A stretch of DNA of 64,000 bases from an uncultured Acidobacteriota bacterium (GTDB lineage: Bacteria; Acidobacteriota; Vicinamibacteria; Vicinamibacterales; 2-12-FULL-66-21), in NCBI GenBank assembly GCA_963797625.1, contig CAWCQI010000013.1, positions 28,964 through 92,963 on the forward strand. Reading direction: 5' to 3'. The translations under genes were made by a program, and so were the position numbers. Shown here piece by piece: positions 1-10,798 of the stretch. Positions within the stretch are counted from its first letter, which is position 1. Each line of letters starts with the position of its first letter. Below the pieces are notes generated by a model. That model made no database searches, had not been told where the DNA came from, and worked only from the letters and a program-made list of their open reading frames with translations.

Positions 1-866
1 GTCGCGAGCGCGTTGGCGCCGAAGAGTCCCGCGACAACGATGCTGCAGCTCACGATCATCAGCGCCAACCGGCGCCATTCGCGCGCGAACAGCGCCGCCG
101 CGCCAATCGGCAGCGTCAGCAGGATATGCGTCGGCTTTGAAAAGGTCGCGATGCCGAGCAGGGCGAGCGCCGACATAGTCCGAGCTCGGAGAACGAAGAA
201 ACCGTTCGAGGCGGCCGAGGCTTCTCCTGGCGGAGCAACCCCTTTGTAGCTCCAGAGAAAAAACGCGCAGAGAACGAGCGTGAAGTTGAAGAGTTCCGGC
301 GCCAGCCACACGAAGTACACCGGCGTCACCGAGGCGAATAGAAACACCGCGGCAAATCCGGCGGCGAGGCCTGGGCTCGATCCCCTGGCCGCGAGGTATC
401 GATACGCCAGCGCGACGTTGAGTGTCAGGAGCAACGCGTGGAAAACGAGGAAACCCGTCGTGCCCATCAGCCACACGAACGGCGAGACGAACAGCGGATA
501 GATGTACGACTTGCCGTAGTAGAGCCGGCCGCGGGCGGCGTCGGGCGTCCGCTCCATCGTAAAGAAGGGAAAAGACGACGACCGTTTGAAGTCGACGCTG
601 GCGCCGCGTTTGAGGAAGATGCCGTCGGGCCCCGAGAACTCCTCCCAGACTCTGATCAGATCCTGACGCTGGAACGTGATGTCGCGATCGCGCGCGAGGC
701 TGTAGGTCAGGCTGTAGTAGGTCGCTTCATCGCCCTTGAAGCCCTTGGCGGTGCGCGGAAAATCGACTGACAGAGCGAATCCGAGCGAGACGAGCGCGAC
801 GGCCGTCGTCACGAGAACCCCCGGGTGACGCACACCCGCCCGCGCGGCGGCGACGATTCCCGTCAT
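1..866 (-). CDS. GT-C-like polytopic membrane glycosyltransferase (PMT_2/ArnT-like), 5' part only (runs off window)
   Basis: Absent from the ORF track because there is no stop in the window. My minus-strand translation from ATG 866 is open to base 1 (MTGIVAAARAGV..FKGDEATYYSLTYSLARDRDITF..APELFNFTLVLCAFFLWSYK..FSKPTHILL). Clear paralogue of 8879..10769. Multi-TM, with an acidic loop-1 motif DExxY. ATGA overlap with the upstream stop at 863. Confidence 0.6.
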   Translation of the reverse strand, partial: MTGIVAAARAGVRHPGVLVTTAVALVSLGFALSVDFPRTAKGFKGDEATYYSLTYSLARDRDITFQRQDLIRVWEEFSGPDGIFLKRGASVDFKRSSSFPFFTMERTPDAARGRLYYGKSYIYPLFVSPFVWLMGTTGFLVFHALLLTLNVALAYRYLAARGSSPGLAAGFAAVFLFASVTPVYFVWLAPELFNFTLVLCAFFLWSYKGVAPPGEASAASNGFFVLRARTMSALALLGIATFSKPTHILLTLPIGAAALFAREWRRLALMIVSCSIVVAGLFGANALA

Positions 867-2065
867 GAGCGGGAGGCCCCGCTCGTCAGAAAGCTGAGAT
901 CGGCGCTGAGCACTCCCTTTCGCCGGGTCGCGCGTGAGGTTTCGTGAAGCAGCACATAGAGCCGTTCCATTTTCTTCACGAAGAGGTCGATGTCGTACTG
1001 CGCGCCGGTTCGTCTCGCGTTGGCGCCAAGCCGCGCGCGCTCGCCAGGATCGTTTGCCAGCTGCACGATCGCGTCGGCGAGCGCCGCCGCATCGCGTCGC
1101 GGCACCATGCGCGCGTCGTGGCCGTCGGTCAGCACGTCCTTGAGGCCGTCGGCATCGGTCGAGACGATCGCCTTCCCCATCGCCAGCGCCTCCAGCACGG
1201 TGAGCGGCGTGCCTTCCCAGAGCGACGGAAAGACCAGCAGGTCGAGCGCCGACAGGGCCTGCGCGACGTCGCGCCGAAACCCCGAGAATACCAGCCGGTC
1301 GCCAAGCCCGAGGGCCGCGGCCTGCGCTTCCAGCGCCGGCTGGAGTTCGCCCTCGCCGATGATGTAGATCCGCGCCGCCGGGAGTGCGTCGAGGACCCGC
1401 CGGCTCGCCTCGACCAGGTATTCGTTGCCCTTTGAGGGCATCAGGCGGGTGATCGTGCCAATCGCGAATGTGCCGGCTGGAACACCGAGCGCGAGGCGAG
1501 CCTCGGCCACTTCTTCAGCGGTCCGCACGCGGCTGAATTCTTCGAGCGGCACGCCCAGATAGACCACCTTGGTGCGCTCGGCCGGAATCAGCCGCGCCCG
1601 TGTCGTGAAGTCCGCTGTCGATTGCGAGACGGCAATCGCGATGTCGGTCGCCGGCGCGAGCGCGCGGTCGGCGACCTTCTGGAACCAGGGCGTATCGGTG
1701 AGGTTGGCGTGCTCGTGAACGACAACCGGGATGTGACGAATCGCTGCCGCGAGCCGCCCGAAAGTGCTCGCGCCATAGCCGTGCAGGTGGACGACGTCGG
1801 CCTGTCGCCGATCGAGCTCCTTCAAGAGAGCCGGCAACGTCGCAGGGTCGAACTTCGACCGGTGCATATAGGTGACGTCGATCCCCAATTCGTCGAGCGT
1901 ATCGTTCGAGAGGTCGCGCTTGCGCAGGCTGATGAGCGACACGTTGAACCGGGTGCGATCGAAGCGAGGAATCATCCACGCGAAGAGGCGCTTGACGCCG
2001 TGCATGCGCGACCCGGTCCAGCCGAGGTGATCGCAGATATGAACGACGTTGAGGGGACGGCTCAC
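863..2065 (-). CDS. GT4-family glycosyltransferase
   Basis: C-terminal 400 aa of track ORF 863..3106. GTG start at 2065 overlaps the epimerase stop (GTGA). Typical GT4 C-terminal pattern (LVFPSLWEGTPLTVLEALAMGKAIVSTD). Confidence 0.8.
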   Translation of the reverse strand: MSRPLNVVHICDHLGWTGSRMHGVKRLFAWMIPRFDRTRFNVSLISLRKRDLSNDTLDELGIDVTYMHRSKFDPATLPALLKELDRRQADVVHLHGYGASTFGRLAAAIRHIPVVVHEHANLTDTPWFQKVADRALAPATDIAIAVSQSTADFTTRARLIPAERTKVVYLGVPLEEFSRVRTAEEVAEARLALGVPAGTFAIGTITRLMPSKGNEYLVEASRRVLDALPAARIYIIGEGELQPALEAQAAALGLGDRLVFSGFRRDVAQALSALDLLVFPSLWEGTPLTVLEALAMGKAIVSTDADGLKDVLTDGHDARMVPRRDAAALADAIVQLANDPGERARLGANARRTGAQYDIDLFVKKMERLYVLLHETSRATRRKGVLSADLSFLTSGASRS

Positions 2066-3049
2066 AACAACCCTTGGGCGCGGTACCAGGCCGCGGTGCG
2101 GTGAATGCCGGTCCGAAGATCGACGGTCGGATTGTAGCCCAGCTCTTCGCGGGCGCGCCGAGTATCGAACGCGCGGCTCTTGCGATAGAAGTCGACACGG
2201 CGGCGGAAGAGGGGCGGGTCGATGCCAAATGGCACGCAGACCAGCTCGCACAACGCTCCCGCGATCCAGACTGGCCACACGGGCAGATGGAGCCGCGGCG
2301 GCTGCACGCCGAGTTCCGTGGCAATCAACCCGACCAGTTCGTTGAGCGTCGTGTATTCGGGCCCGGCGAGAATATAGGTGCGGCCAGCGGCTGCCGGCAC
2401 CTGCCCGCACAGCGCAAAGCCGCGCACCAGATCGTCGATGTAGGTCAGGTGGTAGAAGACCTCTCCCGATCCCAGCATGGGAAAGCGGCCGCGAGCGATG
2501 CCGCGGAACATCTTCAGGAAGCGCAGATCGCCTGGCCCATAGATACCAATTGGCCTGGCGATCACGATCGTCGAGCGGGTGTCGCGACCCGAACGACCTC
2601 GCGAGCTCTTCGGCCTCGAGCTTGGTCCGCTGATACACGTCGCCCGGCGCGTACGGCGCGGTCTCGTCAGCCGGCGGATGCTCGATGTGACCGTGCACGC
2701 CACCCGTGCTGCAGTGCACCACGCGCCGCACGCCCGCCGAGAGCGCGCCTTCGAGAACATGTCTGGTGCCGTCCACGTTGACGCGCGTATACGCCGCGTC
2801 GCCCTGCCCCGCCTCGCGATACGTCGCCGCGATGTGGTAGACGACGTCGCAGCCTTGCGCTGCCGCGGCTACTGCCGCGGCATCCGTAAGATCTGCGACG
2901 CGCACGTCCGCTCCGGCCTCTTTCAGCCCGGCGGCGCGCGCCTCGCTCGAAGGCCGAACGAGCACGGCCACACGCTCACCCGCCTGCAGGAGGTGACGCG
3001 CAAGGTGACCGCCAGTGAATCCCGTGGCGCCCGTGACGAGAACGTTCAT
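2062..3049 (-). CDS. NAD-dependent epimerase/dehydratase (SDR), frame-disrupted near 2590
   Basis: N-terminus MNVLVTGATGFTGGHL (Rossmann GxxGxxG) and YQRTK (YxxxK) lie in the frame of ORF 863..3106. The C-terminus (IARPIGIYGPGDLRF..AWYRAQGLL) lies in the frame of ORF 2062..2760. The span is 988 nt (3n+1). ATGA overlap with the upstream stop at 3046. Confidence 0.75.
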
Positions 3050-4293
3050 GCGGGCGGTACGGCCGGGATGCGCGCCCGGAGGCCGGCAGCTGTCAGGCGA
3101 TCGCACACCAGTCGCGTTCGCGAGACGTACATCTCTCGGCTGTAGCGCGTCCGCGCGCGCTCGGCGGCTGCGCGTGCGAGCGAAGCCCCACGAGCCGGAT
3201 CATTCAACAGGCCTTCGAGCGCGGCCGCGAAAGCCGCGGCGTCGGGTCTGACCAGCAGCGCCGTGCTCCGATCGAGCACCTGCGTGTGCGTGAGCAGATC
3301 GGTCGCGACAATCGGCTTGCCGGCCCGGAGGTAGGAATAGATCTTCAGCGGCGTATTCGTCCCGGCGATGCGGGGAGACGTCAGGATGTCGGCCGCCTCG
3401 ACGAACGCGGGAATGTCCCGCGCCGGCTGGTGTCCGGTGAAGACTGCCGCCGCACCGGACTTTGCGGCGTGAGCACGGGCCGCCTCCACCTGCTCGGGGC
3501 GGCCGCCGACCACGAGGAGACGCGCGTCCGGCCGCGTCTTCGCGAGGATCGCCATCGCGTCGAGCAGCATGTCGAGCCCCTGGTATGGCTCGAACGTTCC
3601 CGTATACAGCATGAGCGGCGCCGCCGGATCGATGGCCCAATGACGGCGCACAAAAGCCGCCGATACCGACGGCGGATCTTCGACGTCGCCTCCCATGACG
3701 TTCTCGATGAGCACCGACCGCTCCCCCGCGCCCATCGCCTCGACGTGATCCTGGAGGTCCTGGCAGATCGTGACGACGACGTCTGAGCCGTGGACGGAGG
3801 CGTCCTCGACTTTTTGGAACAACCAGCGGAGGACACGGCTCTTGGCGAACCGGAAGTTCGTGAGCTGCTGGGGCAGGCTCGAATGCATGTCGTACAAGTG
3901 CGGCACACCAAGCGAGCGCGCCAGGAGCACGCCCAGAACGCCGGCCTCTTCGTGAGAATGCACGAAGTCGTAGGTCTCGCGCCGCGATTGCCGCCACGCC
4001 GTGACGGCAAGAAAGGCGTCGAGCACGAGCTTCGTGACCGAAGGGCCGATCCGGACCCGGGTCGCAAATGGCGGCCGGACGGTTCGCACGATGCGCAGGT
4101 TCGGCAGCGGCACGTCGGTCCCGAAAGGATAGGTCACGAGGTCGACCGAATGGCCGAGCTCGGTCAACGCCTTGATGCGGTGGTATTCGCTGAATGGCGT
4201 GCCGCGCGGCTCGAAGAACGGCTCCGGGGCCAACATCAGGATGCGCAGCGGGCGCACCGGCGCCAGCGGTCCGCTGGTGGGATCTACCTGCAA
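3046..4293 (-). CDS. GT4-family glycosyltransferase
   Basis: 415-aa ORF; LRILMLAPEPFFEPRGTPF N-terminus and a GT4-type C-terminal half (TSPRIAGTNTPLKIYSYLRAGKPIVATD). Confidence 0.8.
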   Translation of the reverse strand: MQVDPTSGPLAPVRPLRILMLAPEPFFEPRGTPFSEYHRIKALTELGHSVDLVTYPFGTDVPLPNLRIVRTVRPPFATRVRIGPSVTKLVLDAFLAVTAWRQSRRETYDFVHSHEEAGVLGVLLARSLGVPHLYDMHSSLPQQLTNFRFAKSRVLRWLFQKVEDASVHGSDVVVTICQDLQDHVEAMGAGERSVLIENVMGGDVEDPPSVSAAFVRRHWAIDPAAPLMLYTGTFEPYQGLDMLLDAMAILAKTRPDARLLVVGGRPEQVEAARAHAAKSGAAAVFTGHQPARDIPAFVEAADILTSPRIAGTNTPLKIYSYLRAGKPIVATDLLTHTQVLDRSTALLVRPDAAAFAAALEGLLNDPARGASLARAAAERARTRYSREMYVSRTRLVCDRLTAAGLRARIPAVPPA

Positions 4294-4350
4294 GGTCAGT
4301 CGTTATGGTAACATTCGGGCGCCTTACCTCGAGGATCCAATCCCGATCTG

Positions 4351-5358
4351 ATGACCCGACCAAAACTGAAGGACGTGCTGATCGTCCTCAAGCTGGCGGT
4401 GAGCACTGTCCTGCTCGTGATTCTGTTCCGTCGAGCGGACGTTGCCACGATGGCGGCGCGCTTCCGGCAGATGGATCCGGCGTGGACCATCGCCGCGCTT
4501 GGCGTCTACGGCCTCATGCTCGCGGTCAGTGCCTGGCGCTGGCGGCTGCTGCTCCGGTTGCAGACGATCGACGTCAGCCTGGGCACGCTGACCAAGTCGT
4601 TTCTCGTCGCCACGTTTTTCAACAACTTCCTGCCGAGCAACATCGGGGGGGACGTCGTGCGGGTCGCCGACACCGCACCGTTCGCTGGCTCCAAGACGCT
4701 CGCGACGACGGTCGTCCTCATCGACCGGGTCATCGGCCTCATCGCCCTGCTCGTCCTGGCCGCAGCGGCCTCGGCGATGGCCTGGAACCTCGGCCTTCGG
4801 CTGAAGGGGATGGAATACGTCTGGATCGCCCTCGTGCTCTTCACCGGAGGCCTGCTCCTCTGCCTCCGCAACCCGGAACGGCTCGCCAGCACGGCTCGCT
4901 CGGTCCTGGCCGATCGGCTGCTGGCAGTTCAGACGCGGCTGCAGAACCTCGTGAACGCGATGGGCCGCTTCGCCCAGCAGCCACGGGGACTCTGGTCCGC
5001 GTTCGGCGGCGCGCTCATCGTTCAGGCGCTGTTGATCCTCTTCTACGTCTGCGCCGCGCACAGCCTCGCGGTGCCCTTCCCCCTCCTCGCCGCCTCCGTC
5101 ATCGTCCCTATCAGCCTGGCCGTCCAGATGGTGCCGGTGTCGATCAACGGGTTCGGGGTTCGCGAGGCGGTGTTTGCGTTCTTCTTCACGGGTCTCGGGC
5201 TCAATGTCAGCTCAGCATTAACACTGTCGCTCGGCAGCGCCGCGCTCATCATGCTCTTCTCGCTGAGCGGCGGGGCGGTGTTCATGTTGCAGGCCGAAGA
5301 CAGCTTCCGGCCCCCAGCTTCCAGCTTCCAGCTAAGCCTCGAGCTCAGCTGCCGATAA
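4351..5358 (+). CDS. UPF0104 / lysylphosphatidylglycerol-synthase-TM-region (flippase-like) membrane protein
   Basis: 335-aa polytopic ORF with the family-typical WRWRLLL..FFNNFLPSNIGGDVVR segment. The last ~15 codons are encoded by the left arm of a repeat hairpin. Confidence 0.7.
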   Translation: MTRPKLKDVLIVLKLAVSTVLLVILFRRADVATMAARFRQMDPAWTIAALGVYGLMLAVSAWRWRLLLRLQTIDVSLGTLTKSFLVATFFNNFLPSNIGGDVVRVADTAPFAGSKTLATTVVLIDRVIGLIALLVLAAAASAMAWNLGLRLKGMEYVWIALVLFTGGLLLCLRNPERLASTARSVLADRLLAVQTRLQNLVNAMGRFAQQPRGLWSAFGGALIVQALLILFYVCAAHSLAVPFPLLAASVIVPISLAVQMVPVSINGFGVREAVFAFFFTGLGLNVSSALTLSLGSAALIMLFSLSGGAVFMLQAEDSFRPPASSFQLSLELSCR

Positions 5359-5406
5359 ATCGGTTCTGCCCTTGCGGGAAGCTGGAGGCAGGAAGCTGGA
5401 AGCTGC
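5301..5406. repeat. Hairpin with tandem-hexamer arms (CAGCTT)n / (AAGCTG)n
   Basis: Left arm cagcttccggcccccagcttccagcttccagct and right arm gggaagctggaggcaggaagctggaagctg are complementary. The element spans the stop codon of 4351..5358. Confidence 0.7.
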
Positions 5407-5465
5407 GTTATCATCCTTCCATCCGAACGGACTCTCGTTTGCACTCGGCCGGAGGTCTCAGAACA

Positions 5466-5522
5466 ATCCGTGTGATCCGTGGCTCCGGAGCAACCGTGTT
5501 GTCCGTGTTATCCGTGGCTCTA
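5466..5522. repeat. GTGATCCGT-family array ending in GGCTCTA
   Basis: atccgtgtgatccgtggctccggagcaaccgtgttgtccgtgttatccgtggctcta; near-identical, as reverse complement, to 56648..56706. Confidence 0.7.
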
Positions 5523-5624
5523 ATCGACATCCGCCAGCGACCGATAAGACTCGGGTAAGGACCAATCCGCCCATGATCGGCGCGTGCCTGCGCGAGCGAT
5601 CGGACCGGACCTTGGTGGGAAGCC

Positions 5625-6812
5625 ATGCGCAAAAGCGTTATCTCAATTACAAAATTTGCGGCTGCTGTGGCTGCGGCGGTAGCCGTCAGCGCCTGTGAAG
5701 CGGAGAAAAGCCGCAATCCTCTCAGCCCGAATGTGGCTGGGCCGATTGCCGGCGTCTCGATCTCGCCGCCGACGCCGGTCAACCCGATCAACGGCGCCGA
5801 AGTCCTCAACACCGCGCCGGTGCGCCTGGTCTTCAACAACGGGTCCACGAACGGCCAGCGCCCGCTCTTCTACATCGTCGAGCTCGCCTCCGATGCCGCG
5901 TTCACGAACAAGGTGTTCGCCCAGTCCAAAGTCACACCCGGCTCCACGCAGACCAGCATCGTGGTCGATGCAGCGCTGACGGCCGACCGCACGTACTACT
6001 GGCGCGCAAAGGCCGACGACGGCGCGAACGAGAGCGCGTACTCGAGCGTCGCCAAGTTCGACATCGTCGTGCCGATCGTCATCGAGGCCCCTGTTCCGAT
6101 GTCGCCGGTCAGTGGTCTGGTCGCCTCGTCGACGCGACCGGTGCTCGTGGTCAACAACGCCGGCGTCCAGGGCCGCGCCGGCCGCGTGGAGTACTGGTTC
6201 GAGGTTTCCCTCGACCAGGCGTTCTCGAAGATCATCATCCAGCAGGGCGTCGAGCGCAGCAGCGGCGCGCAGACGAGCCCGCAGATGCCCGAACTGCCGT
6301 CGAGCACGCTGCTCTTCTGGCGCGTCGCGGGGTTCAACGGCACGATTGCGGGCCCCTGGTCGCTGACGCAGAGCTTCCGGACGCCCGCAGCCGCCGCTCC
6401 ACCCGTTCCACCAGCACCCGGCCCGGCCCCTGCTCCACCTGGACCGCCGATTCCCGGTGCGCCAGGCTGTGTCAACGGCGTCTTGGCCGATCCACGCGCC
6501 TACTTCTTCGCGTTGATCGGTCGGACCGAGGGTTCTCCAGCCGGCGACTGGGCGAGCGTGCTCCAGCGCAGCGGACTTCCGGCGGGTCCCACGGCCGGAG
6601 TCAGGGTGCCATCCAATGCGCCGTTTTATGGACTGACGCAACAAATCAACAGCTCGGGGCAGGTGCGCGGAAGACTCTTTCTCCCAACGGACACACCGGA
6701 TGCACACGGCTACTACATTTATCAAGTGGACGTGCTCAGCGACGCCTCGGCTAACCATTGGGTCTGGAACCCGTTGGGCGGACCGCAGTATGTGCCACGC
6801 CGGTGCCCGTGA
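5625..6812 (+). CDS. Lipoprotein: two Ig/FN3-like modules, a Pro/Ala linker and an unrecognised Cys-bounded C-terminal domain
   Basis: Signal peptide with lipobox AVAVSAC. Two internally repeated ~100-aa modules (..YYWRAKA.. / ..LFWRVAG..). Linker TPAAAAPPVPPAPGPAPAPPGPPIPGAPG. C-terminal domain from GCVNG to RRCP. Confidence 0.75.
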   Translation: MRKSVISITKFAAAVAAAVAVSACEAEKSRNPLSPNVAGPIAGVSISPPTPVNPINGAEVLNTAPVRLVFNNGSTNGQRPLFYIVELASDAAFTNKVFAQSKVTPGSTQTSIVVDAALTADRTYYWRAKADDGANESAYSSVAKFDIVVPIVIEAPVPMSPVSGLVASSTRPVLVVNNAGVQGRAGRVEYWFEVSLDQAFSKIIIQQGVERSSGAQTSPQMPELPSSTLLFWRVAGFNGTIAGPWSLTQSFRTPAAAAPPVPPAPGPAPAPPGPPIPGAPGCVNGVLADPRAYFFALIGRTEGSPAGDWASVLQRSGLPAGPTAGVRVPSNAPFYGLTQQINSSGQVRGRLFLPTDTPDAHGYYIYQVDVLSDASANHWVWNPLGGPQYVPRRCP

Positions 6813-6928
6813 CCGTGACTACGAGCGCGAACCTCGTCCGACCGATCCGGTGAGATCACATTTTGGAGCGATTACGACTCAGGTGCGCTAAAATAGCCGG
6901 CTAACCAAACTCGATCTTGGAGAAGTTA

Positions 6929-7723
6929 ATGCTCAGGGTGTCCACGCTACTGCTTGCTTTCGCATGTGCCGCTTTCACGACCATTGCCTGCTCTGACGAA
7001 ACGCCAGTGAGTCCGACACCGTCGACGACGGCACAAGGACAGGCTGTTGGCGCGGATGGTTCGACCCTCAAAGTCAGTGCGCCGAATCCCGTGTCACCCG
7101 CCGATGGCGCAACCCTCAACACGCTGAAGCCTACGCTCGAGGTCTCGAGCGCTGCGGCACGGTATACGGGTCAGGCGGTTTCCTATTCGTACAACTTCGA
7201 GCTCCAGACCGCCTCAGGGACCGTGCGTCCGCGCGGAAAAGCTTCCGGGCACGACCTGGGCGTTCCCCGACAATCTCGCGAACGACACGTCGTACCGATG
7301 GCGCGCTCGCGCTGTCAGGAATAACGCGTTCGGACCGTGGTCCGCTCTGCGGCAGTTCCGAACACAGAACTTGGTTGGCTGCGAAAACGGCCTGATGATC
7401 GATATGCGAGCGTACTTCTTTAACCTCATCGGTCGGACCAAGGGTCAGGGCGCGCGTGACTGGGTGGCCGTGATGCGGGCCAGCGGCATTCCCGCCGGGC
7501 CAACGGCAGGCGTCAGGCTCCCGTCCAATGCTCCCTTCTACGGGCTCACGCAACAGATCGACAGCGGGGGGGCCTGCGCGGACGCGTCTTCCTGCCGACC
7601 AGTCACGCCAAACCCTCACGGCTATTTCATCCAGGAGTCGACTTTCTCAGCGACGCAGGGGGTTCGAGTTGGGCGTGGCGGCCGCATGGCACGCCAGCCT
7701 ATGCTCCACGAGCGTGTCCCTGA
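6929..7723 (+). CDS. Paralogous lipoprotein (one Ig-like module plus the same C-terminal domain), at least 3 frame disruptions as assembled
   Basis: Lipobox TTIAC. By re-framing I recover TWAFPDNLANDTSYRWRARAVRNNAFGPWSALRQFRT, then GCENGLMIDMRAYFFNLIGRTKG..PSNAPFYGLTQQ, LRGRVFLPT, HGYF and SWAWRPHGTPAYAPRACP-stop, colinear with 5625..6812. Shifts near 7222, 7570 (G-run), 7610 and 7665. Confidence 0.6.
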
Positions 7724-8084
7724 GTTGTTCGTGAGCTAAGAGCGACGCACGCTCGACAATCAATCTCGACCCGCCGTCTCACGGGGACGGAAGTCAGTGC
7801 TTTTCCTCAGTCGTGCTGGCCCTTCGGGGCCGGCACGTACAATCCACCCGCACCTTTGCGCAGGCGCTACACTCGATTCTCCGCGAGGTTCAACGACCTG
7901 GCGACGCTTCGCCGGCGCGGGTAGGATTCGTGCCCCGCAACGACGCAGAATGTCCAAGGCATCCTGAAGGGACGCTGCCATCGGTGACTCAGATCGATTT
8001 CAGAACATCTCTCGACTATAGTGTCTCCGTTATAAGGACACGCCCGCTGCCTTGCTGCAGCCGGGCCAATCAGGGCAACTTCTG

Positions 8085-8857
8085 ATGACCACAACCGCAA
8101 CGCTTGCGGACGTCAAGCGCTACTGGTCCACGCACGTAAACGATATCGAGGTCATCAAGGCGCCCATCGGTTCCGCCGAGTTCCTCGAGGAGCTGATAAG
8201 GTACCGCTCGAGAATGCCGTACTGCGTGACATCGTCACGTCCGGCTCGCTGCAGGGCAAGCACATTCTGGAAGTTGGCTGCGGTCCGGGAGTGGACCTGG
8301 TTCACCTCGCATCGGTCGGTGGTCGAGTGACAGCCGTCGACCTTACGCCGGAAGCGGTGTCTCTCGCGCGACGTCATCTCGAAGTGCGCGGACTCCGCAA
8401 CGCCACTGTCCAGGAAAGTAACGCCGAGCGGCTGCCATTCGACGAGGGAACGTTCGACGTCGTGTATTCGCACGGGGTGCTACATCACACCGTCGACACA
8501 CAAAGTGCCATCGACGAAGTCTGGCGGGTGCTCAAGCCCGGTGGAGAGGCAATCATCATGCTCTACCATCGGCACTCATGGTTCTGGTGGCTCTCGAAGG
8601 TGTCGCGAACGCCAGTCGAGCACGCCGACGCAGACGCGCCAATCGTACGGGCCTACTCGATTCCCGACGTTCGGCAGCTCTTTCACCGTTTTGCTCGCGT
8701 CGACGTCCGGTCGGAACGCTTCCCCGTGAAAACAAGAAAATTCACGAGCTGGAAGGGCTGGGCGTTCAACACGCTGTTCGTGCCCGCCTTCAACATCCTG
8801 CCCCGCAGCGTTACCGACCGCCTGGGCTGGCACCTGATGATCAGGGCGTGGAAGTGA
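8085..8857 (+). CDS. Class I SAM-dependent methyltransferase (frame disruption near 8210)
   Basis: Motif I LEVGCGPGVD. Paralogue of 18475..19176, including the C-terminal ERFPVK..GWHLM tail. The N-terminus MTTTATLADVKRYW is in the frame of ORF 8052; the rest is in the frame of ORF 8291. Confidence 0.75.
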
Positions 8858-8878
8858 GGCGACGGAAGCTCACTGTCG

Positions 8879-10769
8879 TTAGGGCGTCGCAACCGGCACG
8901 GCTGAAAATCGCAGAAGCGCACTGAGATGCCTTTGATCGGATGACGACGGTTCGTGGAGCGCTGGTACAAAACCCTCTGACGACGTCGCCGACAGCAGAT
9001 AGGCGTAGCCATAGAGTTCACGGACCCCACGCGCGGGCAGGTTGAACTTCGCCATCTGCCCCGGTTCGAGCGGCACGGAAATCGCCCTCCCACCCATCTT
9101 GACAGAAAGGACCGTCCGGATTGGGGACTCGGCACTCATCGCGAGATGATCGATTTGCTGGTTGGCACGGACGATGATGTCCGCGCGCCCCATACCCGAC
9201 ACCCACACCCCGGACTGCTCCGGCGGAAACGCATTTCGATCCAGAAAGTACAGCAGCATCATCGGATTCTCGCCATAGGGAATGCGGGCACGGCGAGGTT
9301 GCGCCAGCGCCAGCGGCAGGTCGTTGGCCATCGTCAATTCGACGGGCAGGAGTCTGGCCGGACCGTGCTCCGCGATGAGGTAGGGACGTGTTGCCGCTGC
9401 TGCCGGATTCACGAGAATCTTCGCCGTGAACAACGCGCCGCCAAGCCAGGCGATCAACGCCGGCCTGAGCACGTCGACGGGTGGCATCAGAAAGAACAGG
9501 ACGGGATAGACGCTGAGAAAATATCGATTACCGATCGGTCCTCCCCCTCCACTCCATGTATACGGCATCAACAGAAGGAGGCCGATCGCCGAGGCGACAC
9601 ACGTCCCGAATGTCAGCATGCGCCGGACGTCCCAACGAGCTGACGACAACAACCACACGACAATCGCGACGGCGCCGGGAAAGAAGTACGGGATGAAACC
9701 GAAATGCCGCCCGACTAGAAAGTCCTTGATGTTCGTCGCCAGGCGGGCGGGCGCCTCCGGACTTGTCAGTACTGCTCGAGCTGCCGAACCGTCCGTAGCG
9801 GCTGTCGCACGATTCGTCTCCCAGGCGGAGCCCGAGCCGTCGAACGGGAACGATCGGTAGAAGGTTTTGCGATCGCCGCCCTGGTAGTTAAACTCGCCTG
9901 ACACCGCTGCGCTGAACGCGAAGCCGGCGCCCACAACCGCCAGGAACACGCCACTCAAGACGAACCCGCGCGTCCACTGCCGATGCCGCCACGCCGAGAG
10001 GACGAGCGGTGCGATGAGCAGCGCATTGGTCGGCTTCGAGTACTTCACGAGACCGAGGAGTCCCGCGGCAACCACTTCTGGCCACGGCCCAGTCAATCTG
10101 GGGTTGGCCGACACCTGCTTGTAGAGCCAGAGGAAGTACGCCACAAACACGAGCGTAAAGTTCAGAATTTCAGGGGCCAGCAACTCGCTGTAGGCTGGCA
10201 GGACCGAGGCGCCCAGGAAGGCCAGCGAGAACAGCATCGCGGCTGCACTCGAGGTGTGAGCGGCGAGAAACAGATAGCCGCACGCAGCGACCGAGGACAG
10301 CAGCAGGACGTGAAACAACAACAAACCATTCAGGCCAAAGAGCCGAACGAACGGCGCGGCGGCGACTGGATAGAGGAGCGCTTTCCCAAAATAGAGGCGG
10401 TCCGGTCGGCTGTCGGGTGTCCCAGTGACGCGAACGAACGGAAAACTGTTCGTGACCTCGGTGCGCAGCCTCCGGCCTCGCTGGAGGAAAATACCCTCGG
10501 GACCGCTGTGGTAGAGCCGCTCAAAGCGTTCCAAGTCGCGCCGCTCGAAGTACAATCGCCGTCGAATGCGGCGCTGGCGCAGCCGCTACGTAGGTCGCTT
10601 CATCTCCTTTGATGACACCACGGAGGTCTGGACCAGTCCGGGGAACTTCGTCGGTCAGGGCCAGCACAGCGGCGATGGCGACCAGAACAAGACCGGCGCA
10701 CGCAGCCACCCGGTGATTGGTGGCGCCACTCGTCTGGCGGTCGATAGTCACGCTCGCGATTCTATCCAC
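8879..10769 (-). CDS. GT-C-like polytopic membrane glycosyltransferase, paralogue of 1..866 (two nearby frame disruptions around 10540-10580)
   Basis: ORF 10521..10769 carries KGDEATYV. ORF 8879..10555 continues FERRDLERFERLYHSGPEGIFLQRG..APEILNFTLVFVAYFLWLYK, colinear with the 1..866 protein. Confidence 0.65.
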
Positions 10770-10798
10770 GCCATCCAGTTCCTGAACCAGTTTTCATT

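Noticed and set aside
863-3106. 747-aa ORF that looks like a bifunctional epimerase-glycosyltransferase fusion.
   Set aside because: The middle ~170 aa are Arg/Pro-rich nonsense. The true epimerase C-terminus is in ORF 2062..2760, ending with a GTGA overlap onto a GT4 gene that starts at 2065. The fusion arises from a frame shift near 2590.
7740-8084. 345-bp non-coding gap before the methyltransferase considered as a riboswitch or ncRNA.
   Set aside because: Only short local hairpins are present (gtgctggccc-ttcg-gggccggcac; gtgtc..gacac). I recognise no SAM/SAH or other riboswitch core. Insufficient evidence.
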